Source of the DNA: Macrostomum lignano
Lineage: Eukaryota
Length of the DNA stretch: 64,000 bases
Reading direction: 5' to 3'
Assembly (NCBI GenBank): GCA_002269645.1
Contig: NIVC01002425.1
Coordinates: 1-64,000, forward strand
Shown: positions 11,901-24,697 of the stretch, in pieces
How positions within the stretch are numbered: the first letter of the stretch is position 1
Layout: each line of letters begins with the position of its first letter
The notes under the pieces: model-generated
What the model was told of the DNA's origin: nothing
The model's database searches: none
The model's input: the letters and a program-made list of their open reading frames with translations, nothing else
Translations under genes and position numbers: made by a program

Positions 11901-14900
11901 TCTTAGTGTCTGCATCAGTGTCTTAGTGTCTTCCTCGTTATCTTAGTGTCTGCCGCAGTGTCTTAGTGTCTTCCTCGTTATCTTAGTGTCTGCCGCAGTG
12001 TCTTAGTGTCTTCCTCGTTATCTTAGTGTCTGCATCAGTGTCTTAGTGTCTTCCTCGTTATCTTAGTGTCTGCATCAGTGTCTTAGTGTCTTCCTCGTTA
12101 TCTTAGTGTCTGCCGCAGTGTCTTAGTGTCTTCCTCGTTATCTTAGTGTCTGCATCAGTGTCTTAGTGTCTTCCTCGTTATCTTAGTGTCTGCATCAGTG
12201 TCTTAGTGTCTTCCTTGTTATCTTAGTGTCTGCCTGATTGTCTTTGTGTCCGCATCAGTGTCTATGGTTCCTAAGTCTTTAAACACGCCTGCTAGACAAC
12301 CCGAAAACCCAACCCGACAACCCAGCAACCCGACAACCCAGCAACCCGACAACCCAGCAACCCGACAACCCAGCAACCCGACAACCCAGCAACCCGACAA
12401 CCCAGCAACCCGACAACCCAGCAACCCGAAAACCCAGCAACCCGACAACCCAGCAATCCGACAACCCAGCAACCCGACAACCCAGCAACCCGACAACCCA
12501 GCAACCCGACAACCCAGCAACCCGACAACCCAGCAACCCGACAACCCAGCAACCCGACAACCCAGCAACCCGACAACCCAGCAACCCGACAACCCAGCAA
12601 TCCGACAACCCAGCAACCCGACAACCCAGCAACCCGACAACCCAGCAACCCGACAACCCAGCAACCCGACAACCCAGCAACCCGACAACCCAGTAGTAAC
12701 CCGACAACCCAGCAACTCGACAATCGACCCCACGAAGATTCGCCGCAGTCTGATTGAGCTCAAAGATCGCTGCAACGAACTTCATCCTGGCACCTGCTCG
12801 CTGGAAAGAATCGGACGGACATTCGAGGGCAGAAAACTGTTCGTGCTGAAGGTCAGAGGCTTATATTAATTTATCTTTTTAAATCAAGGCTAAACTCTGT
12901 TTTGCTGCGACCGAGTCATCAGGAAAATCTTCAGAAGCAGCTAAAGCAGCAATAATGTGGCGATCGGTTAACATATAGTAGTCGTAAATTTGCCATAAAT
13001 AATAGTGCCATAAATAACAGTGCCATAGATAACAGTGCCATAGATAACAGTGCCATGGATAACAGTGCCATAGATAACAGTGCCATAGATAACAGTGCCA
13101 TTGATAACAGTGCCATAGATAACAGTGCCATAGATAACAGTGCCATAGATAACAGTGCCATAGATAACAGTGCCATAGATAACAGTGCCATAGATAACAG
13201 TGCCATAGATAACAGTGCCATAGATAACAGTGCCATAGATAACAGTGCCATAGATAACAGTGCCATTGATAACAGTGCCATTGATAACAGTGCCATAGAT
13301 AACAGTGCCATAGATAACAGTGCCATAGATAACAGTGCCATAGATAACAGTGCCATAGATAACAGTGCCATAGATAACAGTGCCATAGATAACAGTGCCA
13401 TAGATAACAGTGCCATTGATAACAGTGCCATTGATAACAGTGCCATAGATAACAGTGCCATAGATAACAGTGCCATAGATAACAGTGCCATAGATAACAG
13501 TGCCATAGATAACAGTGCCATAGATAACAGTGCCATAGATAACAGTGCCATAGATAACAGTGCCATAGATAACAGTGCCATTGATAACAGTGCCATTGAT
13601 AACAGTGCCATAGATAACAGTGCCATAGATAACAGTGCCATAGATAACAGTGCCATAGATAACAGTGTCAGATACAAATCATACACGATCACGTGTAGTT
13701 TGTGTAACTTTAGGCTTGTAAATTTCAGACACAAACAAAAGCCAATTATGAGTGTACTTTTCAGATCGCCAAGAACAAATCCCCGGACTCGTCCAAGAAG
13801 ACGGCGGTGTGGCTGGATGCCGGGATCCACGCCAGGGAGTGGGTCAGCCCGGCAACTGCGCTGTACATTGCCGACCAGCTCATTAATGTGGGCCTGCCCG
13901 CCAGTCTGAGCAATGCGAATCAATCTAGCCTGACAGTCATTGAGGCGGCTGAAATTGTGGAACGACACGAAATTATGATGCTGATTTTGTACAACCCAGA
14001 TGGGTACGAGTACTCAAGGCTGCGCGTGAGTGCAACGGGTTTTTGGCAAAACTAGGGATCAGGAAAAATAGTGATAGGGATCGGGGAGGCGTAGTGGCCC
14101 AGCAACTGAGGATCTGAGAGGCTGGCACAGCAACTGAGGATGTGAGAGGCAGCTGGCCCAGCACCTGAGGATCTGAGAGGCTGGCCCAGCAACTGAGGAT
14201 GTGAGGTTGGCCCAGCAACTGAGGATCTGAGAGGTTAGCCCAGCAACTGAGGATGTGAGAGGCAGCTGGCCCAGCACCTGAGGATCTGAGAGGCTGGCCC
14301 AGCAACTGAGGATGTGAGAGGCAGCTGGCCCAGCACCTGAGGATCTGGGAGGCTGGCCCAGGAACTGACACTCTGGGAGGCCGGCCCAGCAACTAAGGAT
14401 CTGAGAGGCTGGCCCAGTAGCTGAGGATCTGAAAGGCTGTCGGTGACCCAGCAACTCAGATCTGGCGGAGATCAGTAGACCAGCTGCTCAAGCACTGATA
14501 CCGTATAAGAGGATATGTAGCACTAATAATCCAATCCCAAGTGGCCGCGATCTCGCCAACATCTTGATGCTGTGCACTTTCCCAAACAGAACCGAATGTG
14601 GCGCAAGAATCGAGAAGTGAACGGAATGAGGCGCTACTGCCGAGGCGTGGACCTGAACCGCAACTACGGCTACAGGTGGGGCGGCGGCGCTGGCAGCAGC
14701 GGCTTCCCGTGCGCCGACAATTTCCGCGGGCCGACCGCCTTTTCGGCCGCTGAAACGAGCGCCGTACGGCGATACCTGGAGTCCAGAAAGTCGCGACTGC
14801 TGATGTTTGTGTCGCTGCACTCGTTCGGCCAGTACCTGCTGATTCCCTACGGCTATCAGAAGAACACCTATTCGAAAACGCATCACGAAAAAATGGTTTG

Positions 14901-16272
14901 TTCAGCAGAATGTTGAGTTTTTGACGAGTTCAATGGCCACATTGAGGTACGAGGGGCGTCCGGAAAGTAGTGTTACTTTTGCTTGGTGTGGACGTATGGA
15001 CAGTCACACTTGCATGTGCTTGGTGTCATTTGAAAGCGGCAAGTCTCTTCTTTAAAATGACACCAATTGCAAGAGATTTGAATCTGTGCTTCAAGAGATA
15101 TGGACGATTAAGTAGAGAAAGGTCAGTCATAGACTTACAGAACCTCAAAAATGTCAACAGAAAACTTTTACGATTTTATCGATTTTTTTCGTAATCATGG
15201 GCTGTCTATGGCCAAATGTGATGCAGTGAACGAGAGGGGCTGTCTCATAAAACTACGAGACTTGTAAAACTGCTTCTGCTGCGCCTGCAAAGTTTATTGA
15301 CATTCAATTTTCAATTTTGAACTGCAACTGGATGTGCATTCAAAGACTGGGCAGCGACATGCCATCTTTACACTTTGGAGCTCCGGAACCAAATCGGCTG
15401 ACATCCACAGGCAACTTTGCACAGCTCATGGCGACCATGCTGTCAGCAAGATGACAAGTCTGCCAACCGATGAATGATTTTAATGTTGTTCGCTTGTGTG
15501 ATAATTTGCTTGTTATCTGTTTCACCTGCTTCTGTACTGTACTGTTGTGTTTGTTTTTTCTGGAGTAATTACGCTCGTGATAAAAGTTTTCTGTTGACAT
15601 TTTTGAGGTTCTGTAAGTCTAAGACTGACCTTTCTCTAATTAATCGTCCATATCTCTTGAAGCACAGATTCAAATCTCTTGCAATTGGTGTCATTTTAAA
15701 GAAGAGACTTGCCGCTTTCAAATGACACCAAGCACATGCAAGTGTGACTGTCCATACGTCCACACCAAGCAAAAGTAACACTACTTTCCGGACGCCTCTC
15801 GTATTTTTACTCGTAGAAGGGGGTTGCAGCCTAGTGGCTAGAGCATCGGACACTCGACTGACCCACTGGGAACAATTTGTGTCCTTGAGCAAGACATTCA
15901 ACTCTGCGTGCTTCAGTTCACCCAGCTGTAAAATGGGTGCCAGCGGGGGTAATTGAGGCTGTGTGGCGACCCCCCAAAAATCTTTAAATTTACCTCGCTT
16001 CATCCTGTGTACTATCAGTAGTGCTTTTGAAGTGCACCGTGCACTGATGTCTTTTAAATTCCATCTATTTGTTTGCGTCTGTCTTACTAATTAAGATGTA
16101 AACCTTCACGTTAACTAAGAATAAGATAAGTAGATAAAATTTATATTCCAGATGTGCGCTGCGACCCTGGCTGTTCACAAAATGTTTGCCATTAACGATC
16201 GGTTCTATGCGCTGGGGACCGGATCCGATATGCTGTGTGAGTGCTGCTGAGCCTTTGTAACCGGAAACTAGC

Positions 16273-16345
<73 letters not shown>

Positions 16346-16348
16346 TAG

Positions 16349-16393
<45 letters not shown>

Positions 16394-16396
16394 TAG

Positions 16397-16441
<45 letters not shown>

Positions 16442-16444
16442 TAG

Positions 16445-16475
<31 letters not shown>

Positions 16476-16776
16476 GTGTAATTTAAACATTTAGCTAATA
16501 ACAAAATCAGACGAAGCCAACGGCGGCTCTGACGATTGGGCGCACGGCTCCCTGGGAGTTCCGTACTCATTCACTGTCGAACTGCCGGACGAGGGTGACT
16601 ACGGATTTCTGCTGCCCGGCTACCTGGTGCCCAGCGTTGGCCGAGAGGCGATGCGCGGCCTCGGGTCTCTGCTGAGCTCGGCAAGACGCCTTGAAGGTCA
16701 ACAGGAGGACGCGGCCGATTCCGCCAACGCCCAACCGTGCAACCGTCTGATGCAAAATGCAGCCTCAGGAAATTGA
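8920..16776 (+). CDS. Secreted M14A zinc carboxypeptidase (carboxypeptidase B-like), 9 exons: 8920-9002, 9111-9204, 10919-11064, 11160-11304, 12738-12851, 13765-14025, 14590-14895, 16152-16236, 16511-16776; 499 aa
   Basis: Signal peptide [22 protein letters not shown]; propeptide VDVLVPP; [48 protein letters not shown]; all intron phases consistent. Confidence 0.93.
9225..10855. repeat. 12-bp minisatellite (GTGCCTGTCTCA)n with variants in carboxypeptidase intron 2
   Basis: Direct reading. Confidence 0.97.
11330..12232. repeat. 40-bp minisatellite (TCTTAGTGTCTGCCGCAGTGTCTTAGTGTCTTCCTCGTTA)n, about 22 copies, intron 4
   Basis: Two variants, TGCCGCAG and TGCATCAG. Confidence 0.97.
12295..12722. 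repeat. 16-bp minisatellite (CCCGACAACCCAGCAA)n, intron 4
   Basis: Direct reading; ends about 15 bp before the exon 5 acceptor. Confidence 0.97.
12995..13668. repeat. 15-bp minisatellite (AACAGTGCCATAGAT)n, intron 5
   Basis: Direct reading. Confidence 0.97.
14090..14460. repeat. Degenerate 28-32-bp repeat (GAGGATCTGAGAGGCTGGCCCAGCAACT)n, intron 6
   Basis: Direct reading. Confidence 0.9.
14950..15801. mobile_element. Non-autonomous Tc1/mariner foldback element, 852 bp, TIRs of about 225 bp, TA TSD, intron 7
   Basis: TA|CGAGGGGCGTCCGGAAAGT...ACTTTCCGGACGCCTCTCG|TA; 14950-15175 is the near-identical reverse complement of 15575-15801. Confidence 0.9.
15819..16010 (+). mobile_element. tRNA-derived SINE, internally deleted copy
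   Basis: A-box-like CAGCCTAGTGG; shares CTTCAGTTCACC-AGCTGTAAAATG-GTGCCAGC with 38050-38290. Confidence 0.7.
16272..16474. repeat. (TCTG)n microsatellite with TTAGTG interruptions, intron 8
   Basis: Direct reading. Confidence 0.98.
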
Positions 16777-16945
16777 CGCTGACATTGAGGCATTGGGGCT
16801 CTGACTATTGAGAATAACTCCAGTACAGATTGATTCACTGCATGCAACCTACCACTGCAAGGTGTTCCAGATTTCAATAACTTGATATCCAAGAATTCAT
16901 TATGGCATTCTGAGTTCTTTTAAATACACCCCGGATAATCGATAT

Positions 16946-17211
16946 TGACTGACTGACTGACTGACTGACTGACTGACTGACTGACTGACTGACTGACTGA
17001 CTGACTGACTGACTGACTGACTGACTGACTGACTGACTGACTGACTGACTGACTGACTGACTGACTGACTGACTGACTGACTGACTGACTGACTAACTGA
17101 CTGACTGACTGACTGACTGACTGACTGACTGACTGACTGACTGACTGACTGACTGGAGTGACTGACTGACTGACTGACTGACTGACTGACTGACTGACTG
17201 ACTAACTGACT
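16946..17211. repeat. (GACT)n microsatellite
   Basis: Direct reading. Confidence 0.98.
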
Positions 17212-17849
17212 ATAAATAAAGCCAAGCAGCAAACTGAGATCAGCACTAAAACGCAATCTCTTGATTGCTCAGCGGTTTTCTAAAGTATAAATGTTTGCCC
17301 AGTGAGGACATCTGCCTCTGTGTGACTGGGGGAATGAGTGGGAGATGGGGGGAGGTGCTAAGTCGCTCTAATGGCCAGATGGCTCTAATTCGGCAGGCTG
17401 GCCTTAATTTCTGTCGCCTGAACGTGTTTCAACCGGATCGGCCGTAGCCCCAGCTGGAGATCGCATCTCGGTGATTGCAGGACGTCGCCTCGTTCAAAAT
17501 GATGATTCTCGCCGAAACAGATGGATTGCAAGCGTGGAATCATCTGCTCCTTTCGTGCAGTAAAATCCAGGCAATGAGTAAATGTACTTTTCGCTCTATT
17601 CATGTAGATAGAGAGGAGAAGCTAGATAGTTTATTTATTGCAATTGCACTACGAAACTGAAAGTACTGCGTGAAATCTCAGGATTGGCCGATATCTGGAA
17701 AATCGAATGGCAAATTCCTGATCAAATCAGCTGAATCACTAATACGCTTATCTGCTTTCCATTTGCCTATGCAAATAGTAGTTTGCCTGTGCTTGCTTTG
17801 CTAACTATTAAGATTTTTGCCGGAACCTCAGATCAAATCATTCTTCAGG

Positions 17850-18942
17850 TACACCCAAGATCTATCATACTCGTACTGCCGGTAAATCCGGGATCTATCA
17901 TACTGTCTGTATATCCCGGATCTATCAGACTGTCTGTACATCCAGGATCTATCATACTGTCTGTACATCCGGGATCTATCATACTGTCTGTACATGCGGG
18001 ATCTATCATACTCGTACTGCCGGTAAATCCGGGATCTATCATACTGGCGGCACATCCGGGATCTATCATACTGTCTGTATATCCTGGATCTATCAGACTG
18101 TCTGTACATCCGGGATCTATCATACTGTATGTACATCCGAGATCTATCATACTGTCTGTAAATCCGGGATCTATCATACTGTCTGTACATCCGGGATCTA
18201 TCATACTGTCTGTACATCCGGGATCTATCATACTGTCTGTACATGCGGGATCTGTCATACTGTCTGTACATGCGGGATCTATCATATTGCTGGTACATTT
18301 GGGATCTATCATACTGTCTGTACATCCGGGATCTATCATACTGTCTGTACATGCGGGATCTATCATACTGCTGGTACATTTGGGATCTATCATACTGTCT
18401 GTACATCCGGGATCTATTATTCTGCTGGTACATCCGGGATCTACAATATCATACTGTCTGTACATGTACATCCGGGATCTATCCTACGGTCTGTACATCC
18501 GGGATCTATCATACTGCTGGTACATTTTGGATCTATCATACTGTCTGTACATTTTGGATCTATCATACTGTCTGTACATCCGGGATCTATCATACTGTCT
18601 GTACATCCGGGATCTATTATTCTGCTGGTACATCCGGGATCTATCATCCTGTCTGTACATCCGGGATCTATTATTCTGCTGGTACATCCGGGATCTATCA
18701 ACCTGTCTGTACATCCGGGATCTATTATTCTGCTGGTACATCCGGGATCTATCATACTGCTGGTACATTTTGGATCTATCATACTGTCTGTACATTTTGG
18801 ATCTATCATACTGTCTGTACATCCGGGATCTATCCTACTGTCTGTACATCCGGGATCTATTATTCTGCTGGTACATCCGGGATCTATCATCCTGTCTGTA
18901 TCCGGGATCTATTATTCTGCTGGTACATCCGGGATCTATCAT
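17850..18942. repeat. 27-bp minisatellite (CGGGATCTATCATACTGTCTGTACATC)n
   Basis: Direct reading, about 40 variant units. Confidence 0.96.
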
Positions 18943-20433
18943 CCGATGATATAGTTAGCTTCAAAACATTAGTAGCTAAATAGTGAAAAGTACTGTAGCG
19001 AATAAATTCAGTAGAGTACTTGTAAAGTGGTCAAGCCGAAAGATGTAACTGTTCGAATACCAACCGTTACTATAGGTCGCATATTTATCTGATGAAAATT
19101 GAACCCACGGTGACAAGCCGTGGAGCCCCTAGATGTCAAGCACACCCGACCCGAGCCTTATATTCGAACCTCACTTATAAAATATGCGCGTGTAGCAGCA
19201 GTTTGCAACAGAAACTCGCAACTTTTTTCTGACCAACTTTCTAACGTCACGGTGAACTCGAAACCATGGGGGATACGCGGCCCCCTTGAAGCTATAGCTG
19301 TCTATCTGCCGCTCGTGCTCTCTCCACACCCACCGTAGGACCCAGGGGAACGCTCAATAGGTTCGTAGACTCGTACTCAGCAACCCTTAACCCCTACCCC
19401 ATCAGATGAACTTTTCTTTTCCTAGCTAAATTTTATCTAGGAGAGTTGCATGGATAAGTCAGTCGCACAGATGCTGAGGCCGATGAAAGTTTTCTTTTAA
19501 AGACTAACTGTCCGACTTCATTAGCGTACGGTGGCAGGCCAGGGAGGGGCGATGAAATTTGTCGAGCATCCCCTCTGAATTGGGTAATAGGGTATTAAAG
19601 AACGTGACTTTAAGCAATCAAAATCGTCTTGAAATGATAGTGGATAGTGATACATGCTTGATGCAGCTTTATTGCTTGTGTAATTACATTTTTTGGTATC
19701 GCAATAATACACTAGCTAGGAATAAATAATCAAGATAGCGTATTTTTTATTTCTATTAATTAATGTTGATGACAGTCGCAACTAATTAGGCAGTAATACG
19801 GAAGCGAACTGTAGCTGTTGCAGTGAACAGTGTGGGAGCACAGCAGTATGCCCCTATAGGCAAGAGAAACAAGAAAGCTGAGTAATGCGCTGAGGAAATT
19901 AAAATGAAAACTTACTTACATGTAGGTAATTATTTAACTATAGCTACTGTATAAGAGCCTATTGAAGCGGCATGAACGCAGCGAAAAAGTTACTTCTTCA
20001 ATTGAAGTAGCTCTAGTTTCGAATGCATTCATGTAGTTCTCATGTAGTTCTTACAGAAGAATATAGAAGCTGCATTACAAAGTTATCTTGAACATCATGA
20101 GCGTACAGCCTACTTATGTCTGTACAGAAGTTTAAAATTCTTCTACTACGTCAGTTGTCCATGGGTGCGCAATGGATAGAGACTTGTTTTAATTGTTTAG
20201 TGGAAGACCACTGCAGCGCAGGAAGGGCAAGATAGAAACCAAGGTGGAATGGTCTAAGGATCGGAGGCGATGGTGTTCGCAGCCACTACATCATCACTAC
20301 ATTCGCAACACCCGCCCTCCCCGTACGCAGGCAAAGTGACAGAGCGATTTATCTATACTCGAAGAACAGGCTCAGGTATCAATATTCGATTGGAGCTCGC
20401 ATGTACAAAGTTATCCTTTAATTTCTATTACAC

Positions 20434-23400
20434 CTAATCAGCGAGAAGCGACATGAGTCGATTCTTTCTGCTGGGATAATATCCATGCTCGAGCTCGTAT
20501 TGGTTCATCGGCAGGTCTAGCTTAGCAGCAGCAGCAGCAGCAGAAGAAGAAGAAGTAGCGCCTTGCTGCTGATATTGCAGCCGGTGCGGTTGCTGTTTCT
20601 GCCGACGAGAGCTCGGCCGCTGCGAAGACTGCGGCTGACTATTGTTGTCGCAGGGGCTCAGTGCCGACTGGATGCTCATTGGGGCCGACGAGGACAGGAC
20701 GATAGGCGAAGCGCTGACTAGCAGCTCCGTCTCTCTGCCGTAGTTCCGAGTCTGTTGCTGTTGTTCGTTTTGCTGCTGCTGCTGCTGCTGCTGACGTTGC
20801 CGCGGGAACCCTGGCTTCTTTGGCACGAGCATCGGGTTGCGCTTGGCTCTGGGTATCTGGCCAATCAGTCTGTACCAGTAGTACGAGGCGCAGATTATGA
20901 ATATCTCGATAAACTCAAAGATAGTCACTATGCTGAATCCGATCCAGAGGCCCAGTACACCTGAAAAAATTTGGTGAATGAAAATTGAAGATTGTATTTT
21001 AATTGTGCTTTGAATGCAAGAAGTACCGTTAAGAACTAGACTTATACGAGCTAATCTAGTGGATGGACGTTAGTGGCGAATTGGGTCTTTTTACATGACG
21101 GATTACGCCGAGGGATGTCGGCGTCACTTGTATGATGGACAAATACGAGCTGCTTCAAATCAATTCGGCAGCGTTCATTATACATATCCAGCCTATGTCA
21201 CAATTTCACTGGATGTCTCTGCCCTCCAACTGAAGGGAAATACTTGTTTTATTGTCTTGGGGCAAATAAATGAAAGCACGGCTTACTCCCAGGGGCAAGC
21301 GGTTTCTCACCACACTGCTTTTTGACAAGTGATTGATAAAAATTTGAGCTTGGAGTCTTGGCATACATGAGACGCGCCCGGGAATACCACTTGGTCACTG
21401 TCTTTTTCATCTAGATTGTCTTGTAATTTTCTATGAAACCAATAGGACGGTAAAACTTCACAGTTGTTATTAAAATTCTATATATTTACCTTACAGTTTT
21501 AAATGCTTACAACATAAAAATCAAGGGTTTAGAGCATTTTGGATAATGTCATTAATATAAAATCGCTTCTTCTCCGCATGACAGCTATTTCTCGGCATTC
21601 GAAGCGATCTAAATATACAGTGCCGTGTAATCGACATTTTTTTTTATTTCAACACCCTTGACCTACACTTATTGCATCTCCATATATCGAATGTGATATG
21701 GTTAAGCATCATCGAGTCATCCATTCAGATAGTACAGGTGCCGTTACCTGCTAGTGAGCAGGATTGAGTTCAATACTCGTAGCAAAATTCAGTTTAGCAC
21801 TTCTGTAACTAGAAGCCGATCTCCTCTCTTCGTAGCAGAATATGAGCTGGGAAAAGTTAACAATTCAGTGAGTCCCTATCCACAAAATCCCAGCTTTGCT
21901 AGCGACTGCATGGCGAAAAGTCAAATAAAATATTTGGATCTGGTAGGCGGACACAAAGGCAGATTAGTCATCCGCGCCCCCGCATTCGGTATGGCGCTGA
22001 GGCAAATTAGATTAGGGACGCCCGGCCAGACCGGGATAGGCCCCATACAAGGCCAGGTAATGGACACCCACTCCACTGGGCCTTGCTATCCAGGACAAAT
22101 AGCCGGCATTAAAAATTGAACAAGAGTCTGCTTAAGTCGCACACTGTTGCCAGCGAAGCACAAAAGTCATAATGATAATAATAATAATTATTATTATTTA
22201 CATTTGGCCTTCGAAAGAAAACTAATGGAATTTTTCGCCCATGGATACCGGGTGCAGAAATCATTTGGATAAATGAGCGGGGCTTGGATTAGAGCGGGGC
22301 ATGACATAATTGATCATGGATGGCTATAGACAGCGATAATATTCTCTGGCCAGATGTAATCATTAACAAGGATCTAATTAATGTGCACGAAACAGCAGTT
22401 TAATGTAATTAGGACTGCAATGCTAAAACGTGAAAATATGAGCTAGCTAACTTATCCGACTCAAATCGAGCGAGTACTGTACAAATACGTATATACGCCT
22501 TGTAGAGAGAGCCTTGCCATAAATACGAGCGTAATTAACACATCTGCATTCGCGCAATGCACGCAGCGGGAGAGGACTCTATTGATTACTATTCCCTAGT
22601 ACCGGTACTGTCAAAGAGCTTCTCAATGGGCTGAAACACACTAGTCACTACTTTGCAGGCACCTGCTGTTTTACAGAGAATCCTCTTGTGCTGGAGTGGT
22701 TCGCTAGTGCTGTACAAATAGTTATTGACGACACTACAACAGCCCCGTGAAAGTATTGTGTGCAGGGTGGGCGACTTTGACTCTACAGCTAGTGAGCCTA
22801 GCTAAACCATAGCAGCTCGGATATTCAGTTAGAGTATATCGAAGAACTCTCAGAACTTGCCGGAATGAACTGAAACAAATAGCGATTGATCCAGGAAGAT
22901 CCGCTACTGACTTGATGCTGACTAGGGTTTCAAGGTTTTGGTTGATTACTTGTTCGTATAGTAACTGAAGTCATAACTGAATGCGTGACATGCTATTTGT
23001 GACAGTTGTGAAGCACTTAATGTTTATAGCATCGTTTTTTATACAAATTTACAGACATTCCACATCTGCTTACCGCCAAAATCTGAGCAGAGGTTCACCA
23101 GCTCGTAACTCCGCTCCTCTATCGTGTGCCGGACAGTCAGAGTTTCCGGGTAGACCCTCAGTTGCACGATGGATCGTCGAACAAAGCCCTGAACGCGTTT
23201 GCATTCTTCCTGATCCGGCACCGTCATATTCTGCGTGTCAAACGTTTGACAACTGGCCGTGCTCAGGTTGTGTTCCTGCATCGACTTAGTCAAAGCGGGT
23301 CGCGGAAAAATATGCTTGTGTCGATCTCGATAGGCGTCCAGCATTTCAGAGATTTTGATCATTTGAATTTGTGCATTGCGCACTTTAAATGAGTCCTCTG

Positions 23401-24697
23401 GCCAGGGGCACTGTGATAGGCTGTAGGAGTACGTATTATAGTTGCACGAATCGTAGCACAGTTCCGGCTTGACGACATTCTCCGAGACGTTGTCCGAACA
23501 CAACATGCGATTTAGCGCCTCATCTAGGCTTGGGTCGGCGCGTCGCATCTCCTGGCCAAAGCGGATGTAGCCAGATAAATCTTCCCGCTTCCCTACTTTT
23601 TCTGAGATTTGCTTGTACAGCTGCTTTATCTTCTTTACCCTGTTAGGATCGCGCATTCCAATCAGATCGTGACAGAAGGTCACAGATGAACAGTTGAAGC
23701 TGTGATCTACTATCACATGACTCTCCAAAACGCAGTGGCAGAGTTTGCGCACCTCCTGGTGGTACTCGGCCTTGATGCAATCGAATAGCTGCCTCTCGTA
23801 AGTGCGCGTAAAATCGAACTGGTTGTCGTACAGCTCCAGCTGCTCCCGCGGTATGCACGGGTGTGTGGGTGTGTTAGCCAGCGACGTTGTCACCTGTTCA
23901 AGACCAACAGCCGTGAGTGTACCCGTGGGCGCCATGATGCCGTACTCCAGCGGATGCGGGATTGTGTCTCGCTGATGAATCTGAAATCGGATGCCATTGT
24001 TTTCTAAGCCGGAGGCCAATCTGGCGAGACTATCGATCTTGAGGCTGACGTCGGCAGATGGCACGTAGAGCAGGAGAAAGAGGCCCCGGTCCATGCCGCT
24101 GCTGCGTAATCGGCGTACAGGTGAGCGAAACGTGAAGCAGTTGGTGTACATTCGGTGGTAGAACACCTGAAAGTCCTCGTGACCACAAGGTACACCGTCG
24201 AACGTGCAGTAAAGCACCATGTCCATTGGCCGAATGTTAACATCCGTGATATTCAGCAAGTGCTCCCAGGTTGTGTAAATCATCTCGATAGCTTTGCGCT
24301 CCTTGCGCCAATCGGTCTCAGTGTTGAAGTAGCTGTACACCAGACTGTAGGTTGTTTCTAGCTCTTCTGAGCGATTTCTTTTCGCAGCCAGTTCAGCGCT
24401 GGTCAAGTGAAAGAAGCGTTTATTAAGAGGATCGCACATCGTCAAGTCTGGGAACTCAAACGAATTCGGCTCCATACGATTCGTACTGCTCACAGGATAC
24501 TGCAGGTAGGTTGTCACCTGTTGAGTAGCGTGAAAAATTGCACCTAACAAGGCCGACATGACAATGCCAACCCAGACAAGGCGCACCCAGTTCTGCTGGG
24601 CATTGGCTCGGCTGAACCCGTGCGCTGTGGTATTGCTGGTGAAGTTGTCCACGTAGTTGCGCAGAATTTGACGGCGTTTGCCGAAATCCGACTGCAT
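20434..24697 (-). CDS. DEG/ENaC-family sodium channel subunit, exons 24697-23074 and 20960-20434; about 716 aa (start may lie further upstream)
   Basis: TTAHGF (HG motif), TM1, YPV, FPDLTMCDPLN, Cys-rich thumb, LCSDFG|GVLGLWIGFSIVTIFEFIE TM2; phase-1 intron G|GTAAGC...TTTTTCAG|GT. Confidence 0.93.

Noticed and set aside
11330-12232. CRISPR-like appearance of regular repeats here and at 41010-41862
   Set aside because: Head-to-tail units with no unique spacers, no cas genes, eukaryotic context
12931-13968. (DNSAI)n and (LSMAL)n ORFs
   Set aside because: 15-bp intronic array; the ATG arises from a single variant unit
17265-17848. Possible exons and a CAG|GTACAC donor before the 27-bp array
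   Set aside because: No consistent ATG, acceptor or downstream exon could be assembled
21350-21388. GAGACGCGCCCGGGAATACC, resembling the 5S rRNA C-box region
   Set aside because: Only about 19 bp with an indel; could be chance
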